In this document: in pieces, positions 36,657 to 46,969 of the stretch
Layout of the letters: each line of letters begins with the position of its first letter
Position numbering within the stretch: the first letter of the stretch is position 1
Assembly (NCBI GenBank): GCA_029261065.1
Contig: JAJDCB010000030.1
Span: 260,876 to 324,875 of the forward strand
Source: Candidatus Omnitrophota bacterium
GTDB lineage: Bacteria > Omnitrophota > Gorgyraeia > Zapsychrales > Zapsychraceae
Direction of reading: 5' to 3'
DNA: 64,000 bases
Notes under the pieces: generated by a model
Seen by the model: the letters and a program-made list of their open reading frames with translations, nothing else
Told to the model about the DNA's origin: nothing
The model's database searches: none
Made by a program: the position numbers and the translations under genes

Positions 36657-37047
36657 TGTTAAGATATTAATTATCGATGGACACCCTGTTTATTATCAGA
36701 AAACAGTTGGGTTTCTTAAAGGTCTAACGTTAAAAGACATTACAACGGCTAGTTCAGGCCAAGAGGGACTTAAAAAGGTTGATATGTTAAGGCCGGATCT
36801 CATCATGATGAGTGCTATGTTGCCAGATTTTGATGGCGTAGATATTTGTAGAGAAATTAGGGCTATTAAAGACTACACACCAAAAATTATTGTTCAAATA
36901 GGTGTCTTTTATGAAGAAAAGGATATAGACGATCTTTATCAAAGTGGGGCGAACAAAGTTGTTCTTCGCAAAGAAAAAGACTTCTTATCTTTAGAGAAGG
37001 CCATTGATGAGTTGTTGTTCTCAAAGTCAGGATCCCGCCAAAGTTAG
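36649..37047 (+). CDS. Atypical single-domain receiver protein
   Basis: REC-like KILIIDGH...PDLIMMSAMLPDFDGVDIC, with Ser at the expected phosphoacceptor Asp. Overlaps the upstream regulator by 8 nt. Confidence 0.8.
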   Translation: MNNVKILIIDGHPVYYQKTVGFLKGLTLKDITTASSGQEGLKKVDMLRPDLIMMSAMLPDFDGVDICREIRAIKDYTPKIIVQIGVFYEEKDIDDLYQSGANKVVLRKEKDFLSLEKAIDELLFSKSGSRQS

Positions 37048-37189
37048 CCATTTCCTATTTTAAATGGGACCAATCATATTTATCGTATTAAATAATATTT
37101 AATCATTATCTTTTCTCTGCTCCTATTTGTTGTAAAATAATTATAGAATATTTCTATTTCTATTAATTATTAAAGTAGAGGGGAGTGTT

Positions 37190-37579
37190 ATGCCAACTAT
37201 ATTTTCAAAAATCATTAATGGTGAAATTCCTTGTCATAAAATTCTTGAAGATGATAATTATTTATCTTTTTTAGATGTGCGTCCTGTTTGTGATGGTCAT
37301 GCCTTAGTGATTCCAAAAAGAGAAGTAGATTATATTTTTGATATACCAGATGATGAGTTGTCTGGTTTAATGGTGTTTTCAAAAAAAATTGCACACGCTA
37401 TGAAGAAGGCTATTGTTTGTAAAAAAATTGGTGTTATGGTGGCGGGATTAGAAGTAGCACATGCCCATGTGCATTTAATTCCAATAGAAAGTGTATCTGA
37501 TTTAAGTTTTTCAAATGCAAAAGATGTTAGTGTAGAACATTTATCTCAAGTCGTCGAGAAAATTAAAAAAGAGCTCTGA
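37190..37579 (+). CDS. HIT family nucleotide-binding protein
   Basis: TIFSKIINGEIP, GHALVIPK, HAHVHLIP. Confidence 0.95.
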   Translation: MPTIFSKIINGEIPCHKILEDDNYLSFLDVRPVCDGHALVIPKREVDYIFDIPDDELSGLMVFSKKIAHAMKKAIVCKKIGVMVAGLEVAHAHVHLIPIESVSDLSFSNAKDVSVEHLSQVVEKIKKEL

Positions 37580-37651
37580 GCAGTATGATCGTTGTGTAAC
37601 AAAATAACATTTATTCTTGTTTTAGATATTTTCCATCGTTAGAATGACAAT

Positions 37652-38044
37652 ATGGCTGAAAAAGAAATCAAAAATATATTAGTTGTTGATGATGATCCTG
37701 TTCAGGTTCGACTTCTTAATGGCGTACTCACAGAAAATGGGTATCAAGTTGATGTCTCTACGGAAGCCGCTGATGGTTTACAGAAGGCTATGAGCAATCA
37801 AATTGATCTTATTATTTTAGATGTGATGATGCCTGTAATTAACGGTTTTAATTTTTGTAAATTGCTTAAATCTGAAGATGATCACAAACATATTCCCATC
37901 ATTCTTGTTACTTCTCGAGATGAAGAAGAGGATATCAAAATTGGGTTAGAAATGGGAGCCAACGCCTATCTCACGAAACCTGTTAATTCCAAAGAGCTTT
38001 TACGGTTGATCGGTGTTGTAGCTTCCATGGAAGATACTCACTGA
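37652..38044 (+). CDS. Single-domain response regulator
   Basis: VVDDD, ILDVMMP, VTS, YLTKP. Confidence 0.92.
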   Translation: MAEKEIKNILVVDDDPVQVRLLNGVLTENGYQVDVSTEAADGLQKAMSNQIDLIILDVMMPVINGFNFCKLLKSEDDHKHIPIILVTSRDEEEDIKIGLEMGANAYLTKPVNSKELLRLIGVVASMEDTH

Positions 38045-38103
38045 TTTTGTTATGGGTGTTAAGTTTGTGGTGGCATTTAGTGGAGATTTAGGAAAACGCA
38101 TAC

Positions 38104-38898
38104 ATGAAATTTTTTGAAGCTATTGGATTTACGATTAAAGGTTGGTTTGCTGTTTTTATTGAGTTTAATCGACTTTGTTTGGAAACGGCTTATTGGATTA
38201 TTCTGGGCCCCTTTAAAGGCAAACCAATCAATAGTCAAGCTGTCTATTCGCAGATGGTTTTTATGGGAGTCCAATCGATTCTCATTGTTTTTTTTGTTAC
38301 CTTTTTTACCGGAGTTGTCCTTGCCATGCAATCGGCCCACCAGCTTAAACAAATGGGGGGTACGATTTATGTCGCTAGTTTAGTTACGATTTCCATATGT
38401 CGAGAGTTAGGGCCTGTTCTTACAGCGTTAGTTATAGCAGGGCGCATAGGAGCTGCCATTACAGCTGAGATTGGTTCAATGAAAGTTAATGAACAAATTG
38501 AAGCGCTCGATACGATGGCTATCAGTCCCGTCCGTTATCTTGTTGTCCCCAAATTATTATCTTTGTTTTGGATGTTGCCGTGTCTAACCGTTATTGGCGA
38601 TGTTGCAGGATTTGCTGGTGGTTATGTGATAGGAGTTTATAATCTTCACATTAATCGCGGTTTATATATTCAAACAGCCTTCAAATTTCTTACCTTAAAA
38701 GACATTTATACGGGATTATCAAAGCCTTTTGTTTTTGCGATTATTATTACAATGGTAGGTGCATATCAAGGTTTAAAGACAAAAGGGGGCGCCGTTGGGG
38801 TAGGACATGCTACTACGGTAAGTGTTGTGACAAGTTTTATATTGATTATATTAGCGGATGCGGTTGTTACAGGCGCATTTTATTTTGTGGGGTATTAA
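38104..38898 (+). CDS. mlaE: Mla/Mce ABC transporter permease
   Basis: RELGPVLTALVIAGRIGAAITAEIGSMKVNEQIEAL, GGAVGVGHATT. Confidence 0.92.
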   Translation: MKFFEAIGFTIKGWFAVFIEFNRLCLETAYWIILGPFKGKPINSQAVYSQMVFMGVQSILIVFFVTFFTGVVLAMQSAHQLKQMGGTIYVASLVTISICRELGPVLTALVIAGRIGAAITAEIGSMKVNEQIEALDTMAISPVRYLVVPKLLSLFWMLPCLTVIGDVAGFAGGYVIGVYNLHINRGLYIQTAFKFLTLKDIYTGLSKPFVFAIIITMVGAYQGLKTKGGAVGVGHATTVSVVTSFILIILADAVVTGAFYFVGY

Positions 38899-39677
38899 TG
38901 ATGGGTAGTGATAGAACAGACAAAAAAATTGCTGTAACAGTTAAAAACATTAAAAAAACTTTTGGAGGACGAACCGTCTTAGATGATGTGTCTCTTGATG
39001 TTTATAAGGGAGAGACTTTCGTAATTATGGGTGGCTCTGGAAGTGGTAAAAGTACATTATTGCGAATTATGACAGGTGGTATTAAGCCTAACAGCGGTGA
39101 TGTTTATTTTGGAGATAATGAATTGTGTGCGCTATCTGGAATTGAACTAGAAAAAATAAAAAGACGTTTTGGAATGAGCTTTCAGTCTGCTGCTTTACTC
39201 GATTTTTTGACAGTAGAAGAAAATGTAAGTTTGCCTTTAAAAGAACATACTAATTTAGCACCAAAAATCATTAGTATCATTGCAAAAATGAAATTAAATC
39301 TCGTTGGTCTTCAAGGATTTGAAAATTATTATCCGAGTATGCTTTCAGGTGGGATGAAAAAAAGAGCCGGATTAGCGCGTTCTATCGCCATGGATCCAGA
39401 AGTTGTTTTTTATGATGAACCAACCGCAGGGCTTGATCCTGTTGCCTGCAGTGTGATTGATCAATTGATTTTGGATTTAACAAAGAAATTAAATCTCACA
39501 TCTATTGTTGTTACCCATAATATGGAAAGTATTTTTAGAATAGCAGATCGTGTTGCCATGGTTTATAAGGGGAAGTTATTGGAGGTGGCGACACCTCAAG
39601 AGATTAAAAAATCAACGAATCCGATTGTTCATCAATTTATAAATGGTGAGATCCAAGGTCCTATTGATCTTGGTTAA
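38898..39677 (+). CDS. mlaF: Mla/Mce ABC transporter ATPase
   Basis: GGSGSGKS, FQSAALLD, LSGGMKKRAGLARS, YDEPTAGLDP. Confidence 0.92.
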   Translation: MMGSDRTDKKIAVTVKNIKKTFGGRTVLDDVSLDVYKGETFVIMGGSGSGKSTLLRIMTGGIKPNSGDVYFGDNELCALSGIELEKIKRRFGMSFQSAALLDFLTVEENVSLPLKEHTNLAPKIISIIAKMKLNLVGLQGFENYYPSMLSGGMKKRAGLARSIAMDPEVVFYDEPTAGLDPVACSVIDQLILDLTKKLNLTSIVVTHNMESIFRIADRVAMVYKGKLLEVATPQEIKKSTNPIVHQFINGEIQGPIDLG

Positions 39678-39723
39678 TTTTTATTATTGAGAGATAAGAA
39701 TGTCGATAAACAGGGAGTAGAAT

Positions 39724-40452
39724 ATGAAAATAAATAATGAAACGAAATTAGGGGTGTTTGTTGTATTTGTAATTGCATTGTTAACTGTTTTTACAATTAA
39801 GACAGGGGTATTTAATTTTTCTAAAGAAGGCTATATGATCAAAGTTCATTTTAGAAACATTGATGGGATTAATGTCAATACACCGGTACGTCTTAATGGG
39901 TTTGAAGTAGGAGTTGTTAAATCCGTTAACGTTTTAGATGAGATTGAAGAAACCATTATGGAATTAAATGTATGGATCAATGGTACGGTTAAATTACGCA
40001 CAGGTTCAAATGCTTTTGTTAAAAATTTAGGATTTTTGGGAGAGAAATATGTAGCGTTATCATCAGCTGGAAAGGGGAAAGGTTATTTGCCAGAAGGAGC
40101 CATTATTGTAGGTAAAGAGCCCGTCGATATGGATTCGTTGTTACAAGATGGACAAGAAATAGTCACGCAAATTAAAGAGCTTGCAACAAATATCAATGAG
40201 CGTTTGGCTGTTAATAAAGAGAGGATTGATAATATTTTAGCGAATTTTGATGTATCGATGGTGAAGTTAGCTTCGATTACAACGAACGTAGATGAAAGGT
40301 TAGAATTAAATAAAGACCATATTGATAGCACTTTAAAGAATCTAAACTCCTCATCTGTGAATCTTGATCAATTTACGTATGATCTTAAACAAAATCCTTG
40401 GAAGTTAATGTATCGGCCTAAAGAGAAGCGTTTAAAAAACCTTCAAAAATAA
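39724..40452 (+). CDS. mlaD: MCE/MlaD family protein
   Basis: N-terminal TM anchor, F-NIDGI...PVRLNGFEVGVV, GFLGEKYVAL, helical C-terminus ending NPWKL. Confidence 0.88.
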   Translation: MKINNETKLGVFVVFVIALLTVFTIKTGVFNFSKEGYMIKVHFRNIDGINVNTPVRLNGFEVGVVKSVNVLDEIEETIMELNVWINGTVKLRTGSNAFVKNLGFLGEKYVALSSAGKGKGYLPEGAIIVGKEPVDMDSLLQDGQEIVTQIKELATNINERLAVNKERIDNILANFDVSMVKLASITTNVDERLELNKDHIDSTLKNLNSSSVNLDQFTYDLKQNPWKLMYRPKEKRLKNLQK

Positions 40453-40581
40453 ATTTTTATTGCTGAGAGTTTAAAAGTATTTTGAATTGATATTTGTATT
40501 AATTTTTTAACAATTCTTATTTGTTTTAAACTTTTACATGTTAGAATAAATCATCCGTTAATAATTTTACATTTTTTTCTC

Positions 40582-41391
40582 ATGCCCTCAAACTTTATAC
40601 TCAAGCTCAAAAAATCCCTTTCATATAATTCTTCAAAAGTTTATCCCTTAGAAGAATTTGTGCCTGGACGAATCTGGGTTAAATGGATTCCTTTCCGTTT
40701 TTTTGGATTAGAGATTGGGGTGCGTATGACAGTTGTTCGCTTTTCATACGATAATTTATGGATTCATTCTCCAACTTTTTTAGATGCATCCACGCAAGCC
40801 CAATTAAAATCATTGGGGGAGGTTTTCTTTGTCGTTTCTCCCAACAATTTGCATCATTATTTTATGGGAGACTATGCGGATATTTATCCAAAAGCAAGGC
40901 TTTATGCACCTCCTGGATTGGCAGAAAAAAGAAAAGATATTCAGTTTCAATATTTTTTAACCGATAAACCTGAAGATGAATGGATGGATCATATTGATCA
41001 ACATATCATTATGGGGCAACCAAAGTTGCGTGAGGTCGTCTTTTTGCATAAAGAAAGTAAGACGTTAATTCTTGGTGATTTGCTTATGTGTTTTGATCAT
41101 CATGCGGCATCAATGACTCAGTTTGTGACCAAAAAATTTGGTATTTTTGATCGCCCAATTTCTCCTTTAGAACACAAAACATCATCAAGTAATAGAAGTT
41201 TATTTAAACATTCGATTGAACATATTCTTGAATGGGATTTCGATAAAATTATTTTATCACATGGTCGGATTATTACCGAAAATGCTAAAGAAACTTTTAA
41301 AAAATCTTTTGATTGGTTATTTGAAGAAAAGTCAAAGGGTGGAGGCTTGGCGGAGTATTTGAAACAAAGAGATCAAAACACGGAAAATTAA
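40582..41391 (+). CDS. DUF4336 family protein (metallo-beta-lactamase-like fold)
   Basis: RMTVVR...LWIHSP, SPNNLHH, EVVFLH...TLILGD, WDFDKIILSHG. Confidence 0.8.
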   Translation: MPSNFILKLKKSLSYNSSKVYPLEEFVPGRIWVKWIPFRFFGLEIGVRMTVVRFSYDNLWIHSPTFLDASTQAQLKSLGEVFFVVSPNNLHHYFMGDYADIYPKARLYAPPGLAEKRKDIQFQYFLTDKPEDEWMDHIDQHIIMGQPKLREVVFLHKESKTLILGDLLMCFDHHAASMTQFVTKKFGIFDRPISPLEHKTSSSNRSLFKHSIEHILEWDFDKIILSHGRIITENAKETFKKSFDWLFEEKSKGGGLAEYLKQRDQNTEN

Positions 41392-41439
41392 TAAATAAGA
41401 AGTGTTGCCTTTAATGGCAATAGGACAAAGGGGGAGTAG

Positions 41440-41649
41440 ATGGAAAAAGGTACAGTAAAGTGGTTTCATCGGAAAAAAGGATATGGATTTATTGTCCATG
41501 AATCTGGTGAAGATGTCTTTGTGCATCATACCGCTATTGAAGGAACTGGTTTTAAATATCTTAATGATGGTGAAACCGTTGATTACGAATTTGAAAAAGA
41601 TGAAAAAGGTTTAAAAGCAAAAAAAGTTGTAAGGGAAGAGCGTATATAA
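41440..41649 (+). CDS. Cold-shock domain protein
   Basis: GTVKWF, KGYGFI, DVFVHHTAI. Confidence 0.95.
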   Translation: MEKGTVKWFHRKKGYGFIVHESGEDVFVHHTAIEGTGFKYLNDGETVDYEFEKDEKGLKAKKVVREERI

Positions 41650-41706
41650 TTTAATAGTTTGTTCCAATGGTAAAGACGGTGTTTGTCTTTAAAAAGAAGA
41701 GAACAA

Positions 41707-42252
41707 ATGGAAAAAATTAGAAACAATCTGTTATTACTACTTGTTGTTGGTCTTTTGACAAGTTTATCAACAGCATCTGCTGATGAGAAAATTGTGAAAG
41801 ATGGTCAGAAGGTCACAATAGAGTATGTTCTTAAAATTGAGGGGCAAGTTCTCGACAGTTCTGAGGCTAATAAACCTTTAGTTTATGAGCATGGTAAAGG
41901 TCAAATTATTGCTGGTTTGGCCGATGCTTTAAGAGGTATGAGAGTCTTAGAAGAAAAGCATCTTGTTATAGAGCCAGATGGAGCTTATGGTCGTGTTTTA
42001 ACAGATGCATTTGTTAAATATTCTAAGTCGGTCTTTCCAGAAGATTTTAAGCCTGAAGTAGGCACTGTTATTGAGATGAAGAATCCTAAAGCTCCCGAAG
42101 AACCAATGGTCTTAGGAATCATTTGGGAAGTTAGTGAGGAAGATGTTGTTGTTAATTTTAATCATCCTCTGGCAGGAAAATCTTTAGAGTTTGATGTCAA
42201 AGTTGTCAACATTGATGATGGTATTTTAAATTCTACTTTTAATGAGGAATGA
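41707..42252 (+). CDS. SlyD-type FKBP peptidyl-prolyl isomerase with N-terminal signal peptide
   Basis: PLVYEHGKGQII-GL, EPDGAYG, NFNHPLAGKSLEFDVKV. Hydrophobic leader ending ASA; ATG at 41707 preferred. Confidence 0.88.
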   Translation: MEKIRNNLLLLLVVGLLTSLSTASADEKIVKDGQKVTIEYVLKIEGQVLDSSEANKPLVYEHGKGQIIAGLADALRGMRVLEEKHLVIEPDGAYGRVLTDAFVKYSKSVFPEDFKPEVGTVIEMKNPKAPEEPMVLGIIWEVSEEDVVVNFNHPLAGKSLEFDVKVVNIDDGILNSTFNEE

Positions 42253-43021
42253 GATTGAGTAACGTTGTAATAAGTAACATCCCCGATAATCCCACCATAA
42301 CGCCCCACGCCGTGAGACTTTTGCCACCTTCATCCAAAGCATCTGGAATCAATTCTGAAACCACTAAATAAATCATGGCACCTCCTGCAAAGCCTAGACC
42401 AACAGGAAGCAAGGGTTCAAACATCCACGCGAGAAGGGCTGAGGGGACGGCCATCAAAGGCTGAGGCACGCTTGTTAATATGGAGATGAAAGCGCACTTG
42501 CGTGTGGATACGCCTTCAGCTTTAAGGGGCAGTGAAATGGCAATGCCTTCAGGAATGTTGTGAACGGCGATCGCAATGGCCATGATTAATCCAAAAGCAA
42601 AATTTCCTGTGGCAAAGGCAACTCCAATGGCGATGCCTTCAGGAATAGAATGGATAAACATAGCAACAAAGATAAGCAGCCCGCGGCGGGTAAAACCTTT
42701 TTTAGCATATGTTTTATAAAAGTTTGTGTTATTAAAATTTTTTTCGGTATAACGAAAAAAGGCAGCTCCTAGTAACAAACCAATAATAACAACATAGGGC
42801 GCGTAGGGAAGTCGAGGACCTAATGCAATACCTTCTTGAACTAATGAAAAAACAGAGGCCGAAATCATCATGCCTGCTGCAATAGCTGAAGAAAACGCGC
42901 GTAAGGTTTTTGAGTTACTTTTGACGAAATGAACAGGAATAGCCCCTAGGCCAGTGGCTAAGGCGCTTAGGACTCCGGTAATGGAGGTCCATAAAATAAG
43001 GGATATAGTAGTCTCGTTCAT
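42239..43021 (-). CDS. ZIP-family (GufA/ZupT-like) metal transporter
   Basis: ATGLGA, IHSIPEGIAIG, HNIPEG, FAGGAMIYLVVSELIP. Confidence 0.92.
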   Translation of the reverse strand: MNETTISLILWTSITGVLSALATGLGAIPVHFVKSNSKTLRAFSSAIAAGMMISASVFSLVQEGIALGPRLPYAPYVVIIGLLLGAAFFRYTEKNFNNTNFYKTYAKKGFTRRGLLIFVAMFIHSIPEGIAIGVAFATGNFAFGLIMAIAIAVHNIPEGIAISLPLKAEGVSTRKCAFISILTSVPQPLMAVPSALLAWMFEPLLPVGLGFAGGAMIYLVVSELIPDALDEGGKSLTAWGVMVGLSGMLLITTLLNLIPH

Positions 43022-43091
43022 TAGTAATGATCATAACACAAACTTAGTGAGATCCAAGTGAGAATGCTAAATTCATCTCTTTGATATTTAT

Positions 43092-43120
43092 TTGACAATA
43101 AGGCTTATTTACTTTATCTT
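43092..43120 (+). promoter_or_regulatory. sigma70 promoter of metH, probably leaderless
   Basis: TTGACA-17 nt-TATCTT ending 7 nt before ATG at 43128, with no SD. Confidence 0.7.
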
Positions 43121-43127
43121 GAACACT

Positions 43128-46100
43128 ATGAATTCACTCCCAAAAGGACATCCTATCCATAAAATTCTTGAAAAGCGCATTATGATTATTGATGGCGCGA
43201 TGGGCACTATGATTCAGCGATATAATCTGGATGAAGCCGCTTATAGAGGAAAGTCGTATGCGGACTTCTCTGTTGATGTAAAGGGCAATAATGATCTTCT
43301 ATCGATCACACAACCTCATATTATTGAAGAAATTCATTGTGCCTATTTGGAAGCTGGAGCCGATATCATTGAAACCAATACCTTTAATGCTAATCCTATA
43401 AGCATGGCTGATTACAAGATGGAATCTGAGGTTTATCAGCTCAATTTGTGTTCAGCTCAGGTTGCCAAAAGGGCGGCTGATCGTTATTCTCAAAAAACGC
43501 CAGAGAAGCGACGCTTTGTTGCTGGAGCTCTTGGTCCTACCAATAAAACGGCTTCCATGTCTCAAGACGTTGAAGATCCTGGCCATCGTGCCGTTTCTTT
43601 TGATGACATTGTTGAAGCTTATACCGAACAATTACGTGGTCTTATCGATGGTGGTGTGGATCTCTTAATGATTGAAACCATTTTTGATACGCTTAACGCG
43701 AAAGCAGCCATTTATGCTATTGATACTTATTTAGAGAAGATTGGTCGTGACATTCCAATTATGATTTCCGGAACGATTATTGATCAAAGTGGTCGAACGC
43801 TTTCTGGGCAAACCATGGAGGCTTTTTGGTATTCGGTGAGTCATGCGAAACCTTTAACTGTTGGCCTTAATTGTTCTTTGGGACCAGAAGAAATGAGAAG
43901 TTATGTTGCTGAGTTCTCCAAACTAGCGCCATGTTATATTTGTTGTTATCCAAACGCAGGGCTTCCAAATGAATTTGGTGAATTTGATCAAACACCTGAG
44001 ATTATGGCAAAGCTTGTTAAAGAATTTGCATCAGGTGGGTTTGTCAATATTTTAGGTGGTTGTTGTGGAACAACACCCGATCATATCAAGGCTATTGCTC
44101 AAGCTGTAGAAGGTTTAGAACCTCGAAAAATTCCGCAGGTCGCGATCCAATCTTGTTATAGCGGTTTGGAACCATTTAAAGTTACACCGGAAACAAATTT
44201 TATTAATATTGGGGAGCGTACGAACGTCACGGGTTCTAAGAAATTTTCTCGATTAATCCTAGAAGGAAATCTTGAAGAGGCTCTATCTGTCGCGCGTCAA
44301 CAAGTTGAAGCGGGAGCCCAATTGATTGATGTGAATATGGATGAAGCGATGTTAGATTCTAAAGAGGCGATGGTAACATTTTTGCATTTGATAGCCTCAG
44401 AACCTGATATTGCTCGAGTTCCTATCATGGTCGATTCCTCGAAGTGGGATGTTATTCATGCCGGATTAAAATGTATTCAAGGAAAAGCGGTTGTGAATTC
44501 GATTAGTTTAAAAGAAGGCGAGGAGCCCTTTATTTATCAAGCTAAAGAATTAAAACGTTTGGGTGCGGCCACGGTTGTTATGGCTTTTGATGAAAAAGGG
44601 CAGGCCGACAATTTGCAAAAACGTATCGATATTTGTTTACGTGCCTATAAGATTTTGACAGAGCAAGTGGGTTTCCCTCCGGAAGATATTATCTTTGACC
44701 CAAATATTTTTGCCGTAGCTACAGGTATTGAAGAGCATAATAATTATGCTGTTGATTTTATAGAAGCCACACGCGCGATAAAGAAGAATTGTCCGCATTG
44801 TCGCATTAGTGGGGGGGTAAGTAATGTGTCTTTCTCGTTTCGCGGTAACAATGCGGTGCGAGAGGCGATGCATTCTGCTTTTCTTTATTATGCTATTAAA
44901 GCGGGTATGGATATGGGGATTGTTAATGCCGGTATGATTGCCTTGTATGACGAAATCCCTAAGGAGTTACTTGTTTTAGTTGAGGATGTCATTCTTAATC
45001 GGAAAGATGATGCGACGGATAAACTTATTACATTTGCTGAAGGGTTTAAATCTGATGGAAAGAAACATGTCGAAGATTTGAGTTGGAGGGCGGCATCTGT
45101 AGAAAAACGTTTATCGCATGCTTTGGTCAAAGGTATTGTTGAGTATATCAATGAAGATACGGAAGAAGCGCGTCTGAAGTCTTCTCGTCCATTAGATGTT
45201 ATTGAAGGTCCTTTAATGGATGGGATGAATATTGTCGGAGATTTGTTTGGTTCGGGAAAAATGTTTTTACCTCAGGTTGTTAAAAGTGCTCGTGTTATGA
45301 AAAAGGCCGTGGCACATTTACAACCCTTTATAGAGGAAGCGAAGGCGGAAGGGGAAAGCAAAAATGCTGGTGTGATTATTATGGCGACCGTTAAGGGTGA
45401 TGTTCATGATATTGGGAAAAATATTGTGGGTGTTGTTTTGGGTTGTAATAATTACAAGATTATTGATTTAGGAGTTATGGTTTCATGCGATAAAATTTTA
45501 AAGGCCGCTCGTGATGAGAAGGCTGATATGATTGGATTAAGCGGGTTGATCACCCCTTCTTTGGATGAAATGGTTACGATTGCTAAAGAGATGGAAAGGC
45601 AAAAATTTGAATTGCCTTTACTTATTGGTGGGGCGACGACGTCGATCAATCATACGGCGGTCAAAATCGAACCTCACTATCATGGTCCCACTATTCATAT
45701 TAAAGATGCTTCAAAAAGTGTAGGCGCCTGTTCCTTGTTGATGGATAAGACTAAAAGAGATTCTCTTATCGAGAAGACAAAGCAAGATTACGAGAGCGTT
45801 CGACAGCAACTTTCCAAACGAGAGAACACGGCTGATTATCTGACTATTAAGCAAGCTCGTGATAACGCCTTAAAAACAGATTGGTCAACGCTAAGCATCA
45901 AACAACCATCTTTTTTGGGGAACAAAGTTTTTAAAGATTATGATTTAAATAATATTATTGAACGCATTGACTGGACGCCATTTTTTATTACTTGGGAACT
46001 TAAGGGCAAGTATCCCAAGATTCTTGATGATCCTAAATATGGTGAAGAGGCGACCAAGTTGTTTCATGATGCTCAGGGCATGCTTGGAGAAATCTTGCAG

Positions 46101-46814
46101 CGTAAACTTCTTAAGGCGCATGCTGTTATCGGATTTTATCCAGCAAACAGTGTTGGAGATGATATTGAGGTTTATCATGATGATACGCGAACGAAAGTTC
46201 TAAAAACTTTTCACTCTATTCGCGAACAACTTAAAAAACGAGATCCCAATCAACCCAATTTTGCTTTAGCGGATTTTGTTGCGCCTAAAGATTTTGGTGT
46301 GAAAGATTATATTGGTGGTTTTGCAGTGACGACAGGTGAGGGGTTAGATGAGTTGGTTCGAGAATATGAAGCTGATCATGATGATTATAAAAGTATTATG
46401 GCCAAAGCCTTAGCCGACCGTCTTGCCGAAGCCTTTGCCGAACATTTACATGAATGTGTACGCAAAGATTATTGGGGTTATGTCCCTGATGAAGATTTAA
46501 AAAACGAAGATCTTATCGATTGTAAATACCAAGGCATCCGCCCAGCCCCAGGTTATCCCGCCTGCCCTGATCACACCGAGAAACCAGATTTGTTTGATCT
46601 GCTAGATGTTCAAACAAATACAGGCATAGAACTAACAGAAAACTTCGCCATGCTTCCCGCCTCATCCGTGTGTGGTATCTATTTTTCCCACCCTCAATCT
46701 AGATACTTCTGGATTACGAAAATTAATAAAGATCAGGTTGAAGATTACGCTAAACGAAAAAATGTTGATGTGGCTATTATAGAAAAATGGCTGGGGCCGA
46801 ACTTGGCATATTAA
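43128..46814 (+). CDS. metH: Cobalamin-dependent methionine synthase
   Basis: [70 protein letters not shown]. The TTG start in the ORF track is the -35 box. Confidence 0.97.
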   Translation: MNSLPKGHPIHKILEKRIMIIDGAMGTMIQRYNLDEAAYRGKSYADFSVDVKGNNDLLSITQPHIIEEIHCAYLEAGADIIETNTFNANPISMADYKMESEVYQLNLCSAQVAKRAADRYSQKTPEKRRFVAGALGPTNKTASMSQDVEDPGHRAVSFDDIVEAYTEQLRGLIDGGVDLLMIETIFDTLNAKAAIYAIDTYLEKIGRDIPIMISGTIIDQSGRTLSGQTMEAFWYSVSHAKPLTVGLNCSLGPEEMRSYVAEFSKLAPCYICCYPNAGLPNEFGEFDQTPEIMAKLVKEFASGGFVNILGGCCGTTPDHIKAIAQAVEGLEPRKIPQVAIQSCYSGLEPFKVTPETNFINIGERTNVTGSKKFSRLILEGNLEEALSVARQQVEAGAQLIDVNMDEAMLDSKEAMVTFLHLIASEPDIARVPIMVDSSKWDVIHAGLKCIQGKAVVNSISLKEGEEPFIYQAKELKRLGAATVVMAFDEKGQADNLQKRIDICLRAYKILTEQVGFPPEDIIFDPNIFAVATGIEEHNNYAVDFIEATRAIKKNCPHCRISGGVSNVSFSFRGNNAVREAMHSAFLYYAIKAGMDMGIVNAGMIALYDEIPKELLVLVEDVILNRKDDATDKLITFAEGFKSDGKKHVEDLSWRAASVEKRLSHALVKGIVEYINEDTEEARLKSSRPLDVIEGPLMDGMNIVGDLFGSGKMFLPQVVKSARVMKKAVAHLQPFIEEAKAEGESKNAGVIIMATVKGDVHDIGKNIVGVVLGCNNYKIIDLGVMVSCDKILKAARDEKADMIGLSGLITPSLDEMVTIAKEMERQKFELPLLIGGATTSINHTAVKIEPHYHGPTIHIKDASKSVGACSLLMDKTKRDSLIEKTKQDYESVRQQLSKRENTADYLTIKQARDNALKTDWSTLSIKQPSFLGNKVFKDYDLNNIIERIDWTPFFITWELKGKYPKILDDPKYGEEATKLFHDAQGMLGEILQRKLLKAHAVIGFYPANSVGDDIEVYHDDTRTKVLKTFHSIREQLKKRDPNQPNFALADFVAPKDFGVKDYIGGFAVTTGEGLDELVREYEADHDDYKSIMAKALADRLAEAFAEHLHECVRKDYWGYVPDEDLKNEDLIDCKYQGIRPAPGYPACPDHTEKPDLFDLLDVQTNTGIELTENFAMLPASSVCGIYFSHPQSRYFWITKINKDQVEDYAKRKNVDVAIIEKWLGPNLAY

Positions 46815-46892
46815 AATTTAATGAAATTCTCTGTATTCTATTAAAGTAAGATGATAACATAATACTTATTACGTTTGATTAAGTAACGTCAA

Positions 46893-46924
46893 AGTGTCGT
46901 TCCCGCGGAAGCGGGAATGACACT
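46893..46924. repeat. GC-rich REP-like hairpin
   Basis: AGTGTCGTTCCCGC-GGAA-GCGGGAATGACACT, a 14-bp stem with one G-U pair and a GNRA loop. Confidence 0.75.
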
Positions 46925-46969
46925 ATTATTTTCTTTATCAATTTTGTTTTCAAAACAATTATTTAATTT

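Noticed and set aside
43022-43127. SAM riboswitch upstream of metH (and of metF at 56364-56530)
   Set aside because: No recognisable aptamer, and promoter elements abut the start codons.
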